A DNA stretch of 64,000 nucleotides from Methanobacteriota archaeon (GTDB taxonomy: Archaea > Thermoplasmatota > Thermoplasmata > SG8-5 > JAGLSY01). A program made the translations under genes and the position numbers. Positions 1 to 10,434 of this stretch are shown here, piece by piece. The stretch covers positions 184,020-248,019 of the forward strand of contig JAEHCO010000003.1 of assembly GCA_020697715.1 (NCBI GenBank), written 5' to 3'. Every line of letters starts with the position of its first letter. Position 1 is the stretch's first letter. The notes below the pieces were generated by a model. That model was not told where the DNA came from. It saw only the letters and a list, made by a program, of their open reading frames with translations, and did not search any database.

Positions 1-63
1 TTTGGAATATATCCTGCAGCGGTGCTTAACATGGTGACAGCCTTTTCAGGAGGGATAATATGA
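1..63 (+). CDS. nuoM: 3' end of a complex I-like membrane subunit, probably NuoM/FpoM (partial)
   Basis: Frame 1 reads FGIYPAAVLNMVTAFSGGII*, the G(I/L)YP C-terminal motif of antiporter-like subunits; its stop overlaps the nuoN ATG (ATGA). Confidence 0.65.
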   Translation, partial: FGIYPAAVLNMVTAFSGGII

Positions 64-1526
64 ATTATCTGATACTTCTACCACAGATCATACTCGTGGC
101 AATAGCCATGTTGATACCAGCCATTGACCTTTACTTCAAGGACAAGACACGCATATTGCCATATCTGGCCGCCGGAGCCTTGGGAGTTTCCCTGTTAATA
201 TTGTCTATATTCACAGGCATCATCCCATTGGAGATATTCGATGTCACCATACCCACATCTTTGTTCGGTGGAATGCTGGTCGTCGATAGGTTCGCACTAT
301 TCCTTCAATTATTGTTCGGAATGGTCACCTTCTTCGTGGTCATGGCATCGTCATCCTACATCAAGCAATACGATCGCAACCAGGGTGAATATTACTCCCT
401 ACTTCTGATAGCGACCGTTGGTATGATGACCGTGGCAATGGCCAATGATCTGATAACTTTGTTCATCGGTCTCGAAGTTGCCAGTATATCATCCTATGCG
501 CTTACTGGTTTCAGAAAGAACAGTAAGAAGAGTGCGGAAGCCGCGATGAAATACTTCATAATCGGGGCTCTTTCCTCATCTATCGTTCTGTATGGTATAT
601 CCTTGTTCTACGGATTGACTGGCACAACGGACCTTGCCCAGTTTGGAACCCAATTGCAGAATATCGATCCAAGTCAGGATGGCCTGTTAGCGATGGCCAC
701 GATATTCCTTATAGCGGGATTCAGCTTCAAGGTGGCCGCCGCCCCATTCCATATGTGGGCTCCTGATGTTTACCAGGGCGCGCCAACGACAATAACCACC
801 TTCCTGGCCGCAGCGTCGAAGAAGATGGGATTTGCCGCTCTGTTCAAGGTCTTCCTTTTCGGTCTGATAGCTTTCAAGGCGGATTGGGCCATTGCCTTCG
901 GTGTCATGGCAGCACTTACCATGACAGTTGGTAATCTCGCGGCATTGAAGCAAGAGGACCTGAAGAGGATGCTCGCATACTCCAGCATTGCACAAGCCGG
1001 TTACATAATGATGGCTCTGGCAATTGCGACCCAGTACGCTCTGGGAGGTGCATTGTTCCACATACTCACACACGCCTTCATGAAGACTGGCGCTTTCATA
1101 ATCGTGGCAATGTTATCCGTCATGCTCATTGGCTCCAAGGTTGGAGACCTTCGCGGTCTGAGGATCAAATCACCAATTACAGCTTTCTGTATGGCGATAA
1201 TGATGTTGTCCTTGGCCGGAATTCCGCCTCTGGCAGGTTTCGCTTCCAAGTTCGTGCTGTTCTCAAGCGCGATAGATGCAGGCGGCTGGCTCATATGGTT
1301 GGCTGTAGTTGCTGTGATAAACAGCGCGATCTCCCTGTACTACTATGCGAGAGTTCTGAAGGAGATGTACGTTCTGCCAACTGATCATATACCGATCAGG
1401 ATGAAGGAACCACTGGCGATGCTGATACCTGTCGTATTGACAACAGCAGCTGTGATCATCGTCGGTCTGTATCCAGAGCCCTTCATAGATGCGGCAATGG
1501 ACGCGGCAAGAGCTTTGATCCCATGA
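60..1526 (+). CDS. nuoN: NADH:quinone oxidoreductase / Fpo-like subunit N
   Basis: Highly hydrophobic; motifs EAAMKYF, FKVAAAPFHMWAPDVYQGAP, KRMLAYSSI, SLAGIPPLAGF. Confidence 0.95.
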   Translation: MNYLILLPQIILVAIAMLIPAIDLYFKDKTRILPYLAAGALGVSLLILSIFTGIIPLEIFDVTIPTSLFGGMLVVDRFALFLQLLFGMVTFFVVMASSSYIKQYDRNQGEYYSLLLIATVGMMTVAMANDLITLFIGLEVASISSYALTGFRKNSKKSAEAAMKYFIIGALSSSIVLYGISLFYGLTGTTDLAQFGTQLQNIDPSQDGLLAMATIFLIAGFSFKVAAAPFHMWAPDVYQGAPTTITTFLAAASKKMGFAALFKVFLFGLIAFKADWAIAFGVMAALTMTVGNLAALKQEDLKRMLAYSSIAQAGYIMMALAIATQYALGGALFHILTHAFMKTGAFIIVAMLSVMLIGSKVGDLRGLRIKSPITAFCMAIMMLSLAGIPPLAGFASKFVLFSSAIDAGGWLIWLAVVAVINSAISLYYYARVLKEMYVLPTDHIPIRMKEPLAMLIPVVLTTAAVIIVGLYPEPFIDAAMDAARALIP

Positions 1527-1600
1527 TGATGAAATCTTTTGATTTCATAGTGATGGAATACCTGATACCATAGGCAAGGTGAAGTAGGAAAGCAGAGAAA

Positions 1601-1643
1601 GGGGCATGGTTGAACATGCCCCACTTTTCCCTTTTTAGTTTTT
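1601..1643 (+). terminator. Hairpin plus T-rich tract after nuoN
   Basis: GGGGCATG-gttgaa-CATGCCCC 8-bp stem followed by cttttcccttttt. Confidence 0.55.
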
Positions 1644-1811
1644 AGATAAGGCTATTTTCGTATATCGCTCCCACCACCTTGTGGTTCCCCCAGCTTGAAT
1701 ATTATTGAATATTCTCACCCTCGATCTTGGATGTGTAAAATCCTGCTCGATTTAATGGTCATAATTATCATTATTTTTACGAATTGATCATTAATGTATC
1801 AACTAATGCTC

Positions 1812-1826
1812 AATAAAGTTTATATT
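1812..1826 (+). promoter_or_regulatory. Candidate BRE/TATA promoter of the hdr-flx operon
   Basis: AATAAAG-TTTATATT in the AT-rich intergenic region upstream of hdrC; other TATA-like runs lie nearby, so the exact box is uncertain. Confidence 0.35.
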
Positions 1827-1969
1827 ACTAAGTTTCTTTACCGCCCTTTATAGCTATACAATATATATTATACATAAGAGTGAAAAGAATAATATATCGT
1901 ATATGGCCCAAGTTTGGAATCGCTATACATACCGAATGTCAAATTTGGGATACGGGAGGCACGAAATCG

Positions 1970-2524
1970 ATGACAGTTACTGATAAGAACAATGTCAAAA
2001 GTGATGAGATCATTACCGCGGATCAGCTCGATCTAAATTTCAAGTACGAGGTGGCCGAGGAAATAGGTGGCGAAGGAATTTTACAATGTTTTCAATGCGG
2101 CACCTGCACGGCCACATGTCCAGTTCGTAAATTCGATCCAGACTTCAATGTGAGAAGGGTCATCAGATTAACTCTGCTCGGAGCCAAAGAGAAGGTCCTT
2201 ACCAGTGACTTTGTCTGGATGTGTTCCACCTGTTATTCGTGTTACGAGTTGTGTCCTCAAAATGTCAAGATAACCGATGTCATGACAGCTCTGAAGAACC
2301 TGGCCGTGAAGAATGGCCATGCTCATCCGAATGTCAAGGTCCATATTCCGATCTTGGAAGAATTTGGTCATCTCGGGGAGATAACCGAGTTCGAGAACAC
2401 TATCAGGGAAAAGCACGGTCTCCATGAGATAGTCCAGAGCCCTGATAAGGTCAAACTTATTTTTGAAAAGCGCAAGTTGAAGCTCTTCATGGAAGGCAAG
2501 CTTAAAGACGAAGGAGGCGAGTGA
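1970..2524 (+). CDS. hdrC: Heterodisulfide reductase subunit C (2x[4Fe-4S])
   Basis: CFQCGTCTATCP and WMCSTCYSCYELCP; ATG 1970 follows GGGAGG, preferred over the ORF-track GTG 1880. Confidence 0.92.
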   Translation: MTVTDKNNVKSDEIITADQLDLNFKYEVAEEIGGEGILQCFQCGTCTATCPVRKFDPDFNVRRVIRLTLLGAKEKVLTSDFVWMCSTCYSCYELCPQNVKITDVMTALKNLAVKNGHAHPNVKVHIPILEEFGHLGEITEFENTIREKHGLHEIVQSPDKVKLIFEKRKLKLFMEGKLKDEGGE

Positions 2525-3403
2525 ATGGATTACTTACTATACACTGGATGTACTGTTCCTTTGAGGGCTGTTGGTTACGAGATAGCGGCCATCAAGGTCG
2601 CGAAAGAACTGGGTGTCAATTTACTGCCAATGGAAGAATTCACGTGCTGTGGCTACCCGATAACCTTCCTTGATAATGACAGTTCCATGGCTCTGGCAGT
2701 TTTGAATATCTGCCTTGCGGAGGAGAAGGGATTGAACATCGCGACATTATGCAATTCATGCACCGGTAATTTAACTAAAGCAAATTACCGAATGAAGACT
2801 GAAGAGAAATTCAGGAACAGGATCAATGAACTTCTCAGCCCAACTGGTCACCAATGGAAAGGAACTATCGAGATCAAACATTTCGCTCGTATCCTTTACG
2901 AGGATGTCGGAGAGGAAAAGATGAAGGCCAGGGTTACGAAAAGCTTGGCTGGCAGTAATATCGCTCCCATGTATGGCTGCCATTATCTGAAACCCTCCAA
3001 GATCTACGATGGCTTTGATCATCCAGATCATCCAGAATCCATGGAGACATTGATCCGATCTACCGGGGCAAAGCCAGTTCAATATGTTGAGAAGACCCTT
3101 TGTTGCGGAGGCCCAATATTGGCACTTGGAGAAGAGATGCCTATGAACATGTCCCAGCGCATACTGGACGGTATGAAGAGGGAGAAGGCGGACGTGGCTG
3201 TTGTCGTGTGTCCCTTCTGCAATGTGATGATGGGCGAGTACCAATCCACCATCGGCGATAAGGCCGGGACAGAGTATGGTATACCCACTTTCTACATGCC
3301 TCAGATAATCGGCCTGGCCTTCGGTTTCACACCAAAGGAACTTGGCCTGAAGAAGAAACAGGTCAAGAAAGCATTTGGCGATATCTTACAGGAGGATGAG
3401 TAG
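2525..3403 (+). CDS. hdrB: Heterodisulfide reductase subunit B (two CCG domains)
   Basis: YTGC...TCCG...CNSC and YGCH...CCGG...CPFC; lies between hdrC and hdrA. Confidence 0.93.
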   Translation: MDYLLYTGCTVPLRAVGYEIAAIKVAKELGVNLLPMEEFTCCGYPITFLDNDSSMALAVLNICLAEEKGLNIATLCNSCTGNLTKANYRMKTEEKFRNRINELLSPTGHQWKGTIEIKHFARILYEDVGEEKMKARVTKSLAGSNIAPMYGCHYLKPSKIYDGFDHPDHPESMETLIRSTGAKPVQYVEKTLCCGGPILALGEEMPMNMSQRILDGMKREKADVAVVVCPFCNVMMGEYQSTIGDKAGTEYGIPTFYMPQIIGLAFGFTPKELGLKKKQVKKAFGDILQEDE

Positions 3404-3404
3404 T

Positions 3405-6400
3405 ATGACGGCTGACAAGAAAGGAGTGATGGTCATCGGAGGAGGTATTGGAGGTATCCAGTCCGCTCTTGACCTGGCAGATTCTGGAGTGAATGTCTAT
3501 CTGGTCGAGAAAGGCCCATCGGTCGGTGGCCGAATGGCCCAGTTGGACAAGACCTTCCCGACAAATGATTGTTCCATGTGTATCCTGTCCCCAAAATTAG
3601 TAGCCGCGGCCAGACACCCGATGATCAACCTGCTGACAATGTCACAGGTCAAGACATTGGAGGGAGAACCAGGAAACTTCAAGGCCACTATCACCACCCA
3701 TCCAAGATACATCGATATTAGCAAATGTGTTGGCTGTGGAGAGTGTGCGAAGGTGTGCCCCATCGAAATGCCAAATGAGTTCGATGTTGGAACCGCCACG
3801 AGGGGAGCGACATACATACCGTTCCCACAGGCCACCCCACTCAAATATTCAATTACAAGACACGGCACGCCACCTTGTGAGGCCGAGTGTCCAGCTGGAG
3901 TTCATGTTCAGGGTTATGTCGCACTTATTGCCAAGGGCAAGTACATGGAAGCTCTGGACCTTCACAGGGAGTTCAATCCACTACCGATAATCTGCGGCAG
4001 GGTTTGTCCACATACCTGTGAGAGCGTGTGCAACCGTGCGGAAGTGGATGAGCCGATCGCTATCGCTCATCTCAAGAGATTCATGGCAGCTTATGAGATG
4101 GATAATAGGGATGAGCCAGTAGAACCATTCGACCAGACCGATGGTAAGACCGTGGCCATAATTGGTTCCGGACCCGCTGGATTGACAGCCGCTTATTACC
4201 TGGCCAGACACGGCCACAAACCAACCATCTACGAAGCACTGCCAGTTGCTGGCGGTATGCTGAGAGTGGGCATCCCTGAATACAGATTACCCCGTGATCT
4301 ACTCCAGGCCGAGATAGACTATATCAAGGCCAAGGGAGTGGACATCCAGCTTAATAAGAGACTTGGAACTGACATAATGCTGGATGATCTGAAGAAGGAT
4401 TTCGATGCAGTGTTCCTGGCCATAGGCTCTCATGTCTCAAAATCCATGAGAGTGACAGCTGAAGACACTCCAGGCGTCATACCTGGTGTGGATTTCCTGC
4501 GTGATGTCAACCTGGGCAAGGAAGTGCAACTTGGAAACAAGGTCGCCGTCGTTGGTGGCGGAGATGTCGCTATCGATGCTGTAAGGGTCGCTCACCGTCT
4601 GGGAAAAGAAGCCTTCATGATCTACAGAAGGACAAGGAACGAGATGCCAGCTCATGAAACTGAGATCATCGATACCGAGGAAGAAGGTATCGATATCAAA
4701 TTCCTCACACAGCCAGTCCGCGTCGTCGAGACAGGCGGGAAGGTATCTGGTATCGAGTGCGTCCGCATGGAACTGGGAGAGCCAGATGACAGTGGGAGGC
4801 GCAGGCCAGTTCCGGTCGAAGGTTCTGAATTCATAATAGAAGTTGATAATATCATACCAGCTATTGGCCAGGATTCAGATGTTGAATATCTGAAGAAGGC
4901 CGGTATCAGTACGACGGACTGGAAGACCATCGTCGCTTGTGAGGAAACTTACATGACCAGTGATGAAGGCGTATTTGCCGCTGGAGATGCAGTATCTGGC
5001 CCATGGACAGTTGTCGGTGCGGTTGGCGGAGCGAAGAAAGCCGCCGATGCTATCAATTCCTATCTATTGGGCGAGGATTTCCCAATGGAATGCAAGCTTC
5101 AAGACGTGATAACATTTGAAGATCTGATGCTGGAGAAGAAATTGGAAACAGCTCCAAGAGCATGTGTTGACACTCTGGATGTCGAGCAGAGGGAATGCAA
5201 TTTCAAGGAAGTTGTCGGCCAGCTCACAGAAGCACAGGCAGTTGCCGAGGCAGAGCGTTGCTTAGCCTGTGGTGGTTGTTCAGGTTGCTGGCAGTGTATC
5301 GGGGCTTGTGAGGCAGATGCTATAGATTTCTCACAAGAGGAATACGAGACCGAGGTCGACATAGGCTCGGTCGTCGTCGCCACTGGCTTCGATCTTATAG
5401 ACGCGGGCTTCAGGCCGGAGTACAATTACGAGAACTTTGACAATGTCATAACAGGTATCGAATTTGAAAGATACCTGAGTGCGTCCGGACCTACCAGCGG
5501 TCATCTTATCAGACCAAAGGATCATAAATCTCCCAAGAAGATCGCCTTCATCCAGTGTGTGGGATCCAGGGATGAGCATTATGGGTGCGCGTACTGTTCC
5601 AGAGTGTGCTGTATGTACGCGATCAAGGAAGCCATGCTGATCCGGGGTCATGACAAGGATGTTGAAGATATCACAATCTTCTTCATGGACATAAGGGCCT
5701 TTGGAAAAGGATTTGAGCAATATTATGAGCGTGCGAAGGATGAGAACATAAACTTCTCAAGGTCCAGACCATCTCATTTCATAGAGGATCCAGAGACTGG
5801 AGATGTATTGATCCAGACCGAGGACACGGAAACTGGCGAGATCAGTGAATATCGAGCTGACCTCGTGATCCTATCATCGGCCATGGTGCCATCAAAGGGA
5901 ACTGACGAACTGGCTGAGAAGCTGGGTGTGGAACTTAATGAGTCCGGTTTCTTCAAGGAAGGCGAGACCGACAATATCCCACTCGAAACGACCAGGCCGG
6001 GAATATATTCCTGCGGCTGCTCGTCCGGACCTAAGGATATTCCGGATACCGTATCTCAAGCATCTGGAGCTGCCGCTAAGGCAGGCGAATGGGTGAAGGA
6101 TTACAGGTCAGCTCCTGAGAAGAAGGACATCACACCAGTTGATCCATACGGCAAGCCCAGGATAGGTGTGTTCATCTGTCACTGTGGTCTGAATATCGGA
6201 GGTACTATCGATGTGGTAGATGTTGCTAAATTCGCAAAAGAACTTCCATATGTCGAGTACACGGATGCCAATGTTTACACTTGCTCGGAGAACACACAGG
6301 GCGAGATCCAGGATCTCATACACAGTGAGAAGCTGAACAGAGTGGTTATCGCTTCTTGCAGTCCTCGAACTCACGAACCGATCTTCAGGCAGATGTGTGC

Positions 6401-7850
6401 TGAGGCAGGCCTGAATCCATATCTTTTCGAGATGGTGAACATACGTGATCAGGGTTCATGGGTTCATTTGAATGAGCCCGAAGCAGCGACCGAGAAGGCC
6501 AAGAGTCTGGTCGCGGCCGCGGTTGCCAAGTCCAGATTCCTGAAGCCATTGGTGGCTAGTGAACTGGAAGTCAATCATGACGCGCTCGTCATCGGTGGCG
6601 GAGTATCCGGTCTCACAGCAGCCACAAGCCTGGCATCTTTGGGATTCAAAGTGAATCTTGTGGAAAAGTCAGATGTTCTCGGTGGCGCATTGCTGGATAA
6701 AGACCTACTGATACCATCCAATGTCAAGGCAAGTGACATGCTGGCCGACCTGATAAAGAAGGCCGGGGACAAAGGAGTGAAGTTCTTCAAAGAGACCGAG
6801 CTCATTGACCTTGAAGGCTTTGTTGGAAACTTCAAGGTCAAAGCCATGCAGAAGGGAACTGAGGAACTTGACTTCGAGGTTGGAGCAATCATTCTGGCCA
6901 TAGGTGCGAAACTCTATGAGCCCACAAAGGGCGAGTTCGGTTTCGGATTGCATCCGAACGTCATCACTAACCAGGATCTGGAAGATCTGATGATGGAGCA
7001 TCAGGGTGACAAACTCATGCTCAATGGAAAGGAGCTGAAGCGTGTTGCAATGATCCATTGTGTTGGCTCTCGTGACAAGGAAGGCTTCAAGGACTGTTCC
7101 AGATACTGCTGTCAAGTCACCCTCAAGCAGATAGACGAATTGAGGGCTCTGGGCATCGATACCGTGGATTATAACAGGGACATACGTGCCTTCAGCAAGG
7201 GAGCGGAGGAATTGTACAGGAAGACCAGAGAGGATGGTACAATGTACATGCGCTACACTCCTGAAGAACTTCCGGAGATCATCCCAGATGGTGATGGTGT
7301 GAAGATAAGGACCTACGATGCCCTTGTTGGAGCGACTGTCGAATTGCCATTTGACGCTGTTGTTCTATCAGTGGGAATGAGAGCTCATGAGATAGATGTT
7401 AAACATTTGAGAAGCCTGATGAAAGTTCCAATGGGCGCGGATGGCTTCTTCTTAGAAAGCCACCCGAAGCTGGGACCTGTTGAGACCAATACCGCCGGTA
7501 TCTATCTTTGTGGAACCGCACAGTTCCCCAAGGACGTGGTCGATACCATCGCTCAGTCATATGGAGCCGCCGCTAAGGCAGCCACAGTCCTGTCCAAGGA
7601 CAAGCTCCTGGGTGTTGCCCAGATATCCAGTGTCGATCCTGAACTATGCATAGGTTGTGAGACCTGTATCGATATCTGTCCTTACAATGCCATCGAGAAG
7701 GAGAATGGCAAGGCCAAGGTATTGGAGGCCGTTTGTAAGGGTTGCGGATCATGCGCGGCCGCTTGCAGGAACGGTGCGATACAGCAGGCTGGTTTCAGAG
7801 ATGAATACATTGTTACTATGATAGACAATGCTCTTGAGGAGGTGGAATGA
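3405..7850 (+). CDS. hdrA: Large HdrA/HdrL-like flavoprotein: HdrA with an inserted GltD/NfnB-like NAD(P)H domain plus a second HdrA module
   Basis: GGGIGG...LDKTFPTNDCSMCI, GRVCPHTCESVCNR, GSGPAG, GGGDVAID, IYRR, QCVGSRD..CSRVCC, second RIGVFICHCG...HCVGSRD..CSRYCC, C-terminal ferredoxin; ATG 3405 after GGAGG. Confidence 0.92.
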   Translation: MTADKKGVMVIGGGIGGIQSALDLADSGVNVYLVEKGPSVGGRMAQLDKTFPTNDCSMCILSPKLVAAARHPMINLLTMSQVKTLEGEPGNFKATITTHPRYIDISKCVGCGECAKVCPIEMPNEFDVGTATRGATYIPFPQATPLKYSITRHGTPPCEAECPAGVHVQGYVALIAKGKYMEALDLHREFNPLPIICGRVCPHTCESVCNRAEVDEPIAIAHLKRFMAAYEMDNRDEPVEPFDQTDGKTVAIIGSGPAGLTAAYYLARHGHKPTIYEALPVAGGMLRVGIPEYRLPRDLLQAEIDYIKAKGVDIQLNKRLGTDIMLDDLKKDFDAVFLAIGSHVSKSMRVTAEDTPGVIPGVDFLRDVNLGKEVQLGNKVAVVGGGDVAIDAVRVAHRLGKEAFMIYRRTRNEMPAHETEIIDTEEEGIDIKFLTQPVRVVETGGKVSGIECVRMELGEPDDSGRRRPVPVEGSEFIIEVDNIIPAIGQDSDVEYLKKAGISTTDWKTIVACEETYMTSDEGVFAAGDAVSGPWTVVGAVGGAKKAADAINSYLLGEDFPMECKLQDVITFEDLMLEKKLETAPRACVDTLDVEQRECNFKEVVGQLTEAQAVAEAERCLACGGCSGCWQCIGACEADAIDFSQEEYETEVDIGSVVVATGFDLIDAGFRPEYNYENFDNVITGIEFERYLSASGPTSGHLIRPKDHKSPKKIAFIQCVGSRDEHYGCAYCSRVCCMYAIKEAMLIRGHDKDVEDITIFFMDIRAFGKGFEQYYERAKDENINFSRSRPSHFIEDPETGDVLIQTEDTETGEISEYRADLVILSSAMVPSKGTDELAEKLGVELNESGFFKEGETDNIPLETTRPGIYSCGCSSGPKDIPDTVSQASGAAAKAGEWVKDYRSAPEKKDITPVDPYGKPRIGVFICHCGLNIGGTIDVVDVAKFAKELPYVEYTDANVYTCSENTQGEIQDLIHSEKLNRVVIASCSPRTHEPIFRQMCAEAGLNPYLFEMVNIRDQGSWVHLNEPEAATEKAKSLVAAAVAKSRFLKPLVASELEVNHDALVIGGGVSGLTAATSLASLGFKVNLVEKSDVLGGALLDKDLLIPSNVKASDMLADLIKKAGDKGVKFFKETELIDLEGFVGNFKVKAMQKGTEELDFEVGAIILAIGAKLYEPTKGEFGFGLHPNVITNQDLEDLMMEHQGDKLMLNGKELKRVAMIHCVGSRDKEGFKDCSRYCCQVTLKQIDELRALGIDTVDYNRDIRAFSKGAEELYRKTREDGTMYMRYTPEELPEIIPDGDGVKIRTYDALVGATVELPFDAVVLSVGMRAHEIDVKHLRSLMKVPMGADGFFLESHPKLGPVETNTAGIYLCGTAQFPKDVVDTIAQSYGAAAKAATVLSKDKLLGVAQISSVDPELCIGCETCIDICPYNAIEKENGKAKVLEAVCKGCGSCAAACRNGAIQQAGFRDEYIVTMIDNALEEVE

Positions 7851-7910
7851 ATGAGTTCATTTACATTCACCATTCATTTCGACACCTCCAAAATTATGGA
7901 GGTGCAGTAG

Positions 7911-8357
7911 ATGACTGACAATAATGAGAACAATGAGAATTTCGAACCAAAGATAATCGCCTTCCTCTGCACCTGGTGTTCATATGCTGGTGCGGATCTG
8001 GCAGGCTCGGCAAGGATACAGTACCCGACCAATGTGAAGATAATCAAGGTCATGTGCTCGAGCAGGATCAACCCACTCTTCGTACTGAGAGCTTTCAGGA
8101 AGGGCGCGGACGGTGTGCTTGTTTCAGGATGCCATCCTGGTGATTGCCACTACTTGACTGGTAATTACTTCACTAGGCGTAGACTTATCTTATTCAAGAA
8201 ACAGCTGGAATGGGTTGGAATTGACCCTAATAGATTCCATATGAGCTGGGTGTCCGCATCCGAAGGCCAGGGCTGGGCCGATGTGGTGAATAAAGTTATT
8301 GACGATGTAAAGGAACTTGGTCCTCAGGACGAGATGCGAAGGAAGGTGGTTGAATGA
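7911..8357 (+). CDS. mvhD: MvhD/FlxD [2Fe-2S] subunit
   Basis: FLCTWCSYAGADLAG, MCSSR, GADGVLVSGCHPGDCHY; SD GGAGGTG. Confidence 0.93.
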   Translation: MTDNNENNENFEPKIIAFLCTWCSYAGADLAGSARIQYPTNVKIIKVMCSSRINPLFVLRAFRKGADGVLVSGCHPGDCHYLTGNYFTRRRLILFKKQLEWVGIDPNRFHMSWVSASEGQGWADVVNKVIDDVKELGPQDEMRRKVVE

Positions 8358-9400
8358 GTGCTAAGAATGACCAACTGAGGAAAATAGCCAGGACACTGCT
8401 TGCCGAAGGCAAGGTCAAGTATTTCCTTGGTAATGTTAGAGGAGCCGATGGCTTTTCCTCAAAACCCACGACCGCCCGAACTCCAGAAGAGGCAAATGAA
8501 TTCGTATGGGATCCATCATGTGTCAATAATATGGCATCCTATCTCCATGAGGATAAAAAGAGAGTTCTCAAGAGAGGCGAGGAGCCAGATACAAGACCCA
8601 TTGGCATATTTGTCAAGGGCTGTGACAGCCGCTCTGTCGCCCTGAACATACAAGAGCATATCTTCGAGAGAGAGCAGATATACATCGTTGGCGCGACTTG
8701 CGAAGGCGTGGTTGATGTTCCAAAGCTGAAGAAGGCCTGGATGAAGAGAGGATTGCCAGTGGCCGCGACAAACACCCTCCAGCTTTCCATTAATGGTGAT
8801 GAGGTAATTGCCAGCTTCGATGGTAAACAGGAGAAGTTCGCAAAGGACGATGTCATCATGCAGAGGTGCAAGGTGTGCAGGTATCCGAATCCAGTGATCT
8901 ATGATGAACTCATAGGTGAGCAGGTGGAACCCAAACCCGATGCTTATCCCGATCTGGAGGAGATGGAAGCCATGTCCCCGGCGGAGAGATGGGCCTTCTG
9001 GACCGAGCAATTCAGTACTTGTGTCAGATGTCTAGCTTGCAGAAATGTATGTCCTGCCTGTTACTGTAGGGAATGCTCTGTACAAAGGAGTAACCCGGCC
9101 TTTGGACCTCGAACAACACCGACCGAGAAGATGGCCAAGGCACAGTTCTCGAACAAGACACCGACAATGGAGGACAATTTCAACTTCCACATGTCCAGAA
9201 TGTATCACATGACTGGCAGATGCACCAATTGTGGCGAATGCAACCGTGTTTGCCCGGTCGGTATACCACTTAGGCTTCTGACCAGGAAAATGGACAAGGA
9301 TGTTAGAGAGACATATGACCATGAATCTGGACTGGACACCGAACCAAAGAATCTCCTTGCGGAGTATGATGATGATGATCCAGAGGGGGGCTTCCTATGA
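8354..9400 (+). CDS. flxC: FlxC-like iron-sulfur protein (FrhB/FdhB-related)
   Basis: KGCDSR, CVRCLACRNVCPACYCREC, GRCTNCGECNRVCP; position in hdrCBA-flxDCBA order. Confidence 0.75.
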   Translation: MSAKNDQLRKIARTLLAEGKVKYFLGNVRGADGFSSKPTTARTPEEANEFVWDPSCVNNMASYLHEDKKRVLKRGEEPDTRPIGIFVKGCDSRSVALNIQEHIFEREQIYIVGATCEGVVDVPKLKKAWMKRGLPVAATNTLQLSINGDEVIASFDGKQEKFAKDDVIMQRCKVCRYPNPVIYDELIGEQVEPKPDAYPDLEEMEAMSPAERWAFWTEQFSTCVRCLACRNVCPACYCRECSVQRSNPAFGPRTTPTEKMAKAQFSNKTPTMEDNFNFHMSRMYHMTGRCTNCGECNRVCPVGIPLRLLTRKMDKDVRETYDHESGLDTEPKNLLAEYDDDDPEGGFL

Positions 9401-10434
9401 CGACCTACAAGATATCTAAAGATAAGATGAATGAATTGCTGACCAGCATCAAAGGCTACGATGTCTATGTCCCTACTGAAATGGGAGATAAATTCCAGTT
9501 CAGGGTGATGAAGGATGCTGGAGATGCCAAACTTGGCTATTCTCAATCTGCCAAGCCACCGAAGGACGTGATCTTCCCACAGAATGAAGTTCTCATGAAT
9601 TATAAGATCCAGCCCAATGGCTTCGATGTAGAGAATTCATTGGACCACATTGGTAAGTTCGTCATATTCGGTATCCGGAACTGCGACGCACGCGCCCTGA
9701 AATATCTGGACACCCAGATGCTCAATGGTAAGTATGTCGATCCTTACTATGCCAAGAGGCGTGAGAACACGACCGTGGTAGGTTTAGCATGTAATTCCCC
9801 ACTCTACAATTGCTTCTGCAGATCTGTAGGAGCTGGCCCTCATCATAAAGAAGGACACGATGTCCACCTCACGGAGCTGGACGATGGCTACCTTGTCGAG
9901 GTAATCACCGACAAGGGAAAGGAACTGCTGGCTAACTCCATGTCTTTATTGGCCGGATCATCCGATGCCGACACCTCCAAACAGGCCGAGCTCAAACAGG
10001 CCTGTGAAGCGAAGTTCGTCAGAAAGATCGATGTCAAAGGCAATGACAAGAGGATGCTGGATATATTCGAATCCGACTACTGGCGTGATGTTTCAGATGG
10101 TTGTATTGGCTGTGGAATATGCACATTGCTGTGCCCGACCTGTTTCTGTTTCGATATCCAGGATATCGGAAGCAGAAAAGAAGGCCAGAGGGTTCGAGTG
10201 TGGGATTCGTGTCAATATCCGGAATACACCATGCACGCTTCCAGCCACAATCCAAGACCGGGCAAGAAGGAGAGGCAGAGACAGAGATTCTTCCACAAGT
10301 ACGTTTACAGCTACAAGAACAATCAGATGCTGGGCTGTGTGGGCTGTGGAAGGTGCATCAACCAGTGCCCGACCCAGATCGATATAATCGATGTAATTGA
10401 AGGAGTTAAGAACGTAAAGGAGGGGTCTGAATGA
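9397..10434 (+). CDS. flxB: FlxB / AsrA-like iron-sulfur protein
   Basis: FGIRNCDARA, CFCRS, CIGCGICTLLCPTCFCFDI, WDSC, GCVGCGRCINQCP. Confidence 0.8.
   Translation: MTTYKISKDKMNELLTSIKGYDVYVPTEMGDKFQFRVMKDAGDAKLGYSQSAKPPKDVIFPQNEVLMNYKIQPNGFDVENSLDHIGKFVIFGIRNCDARALKYLDTQMLNGKYVDPYYAKRRENTTVVGLACNSPLYNCFCRSVGAGPHHKEGHDVHLTELDDGYLVEVITDKGKELLANSMSLLAGSSDADTSKQAELKQACEAKFVRKIDVKGNDKRMLDIFESDYWRDVSDGCIGCGICTLLCPTCFCFDIQDIGSRKEGQRVRVWDSCQYPEYTMHASSHNPRPGKKERQRQRFFHKYVYSYKNNQMLGCVGCGRCINQCPTQIDIIDVIEGVKNVKEGSE

Noticed and set aside
1970-8357. Selenocysteine or pyrrolysine read-through in hdr/mvhD
   Set aside because: The motif positions I checked are ordinary Cys codons, and each stop is followed closely by the next gene's start.
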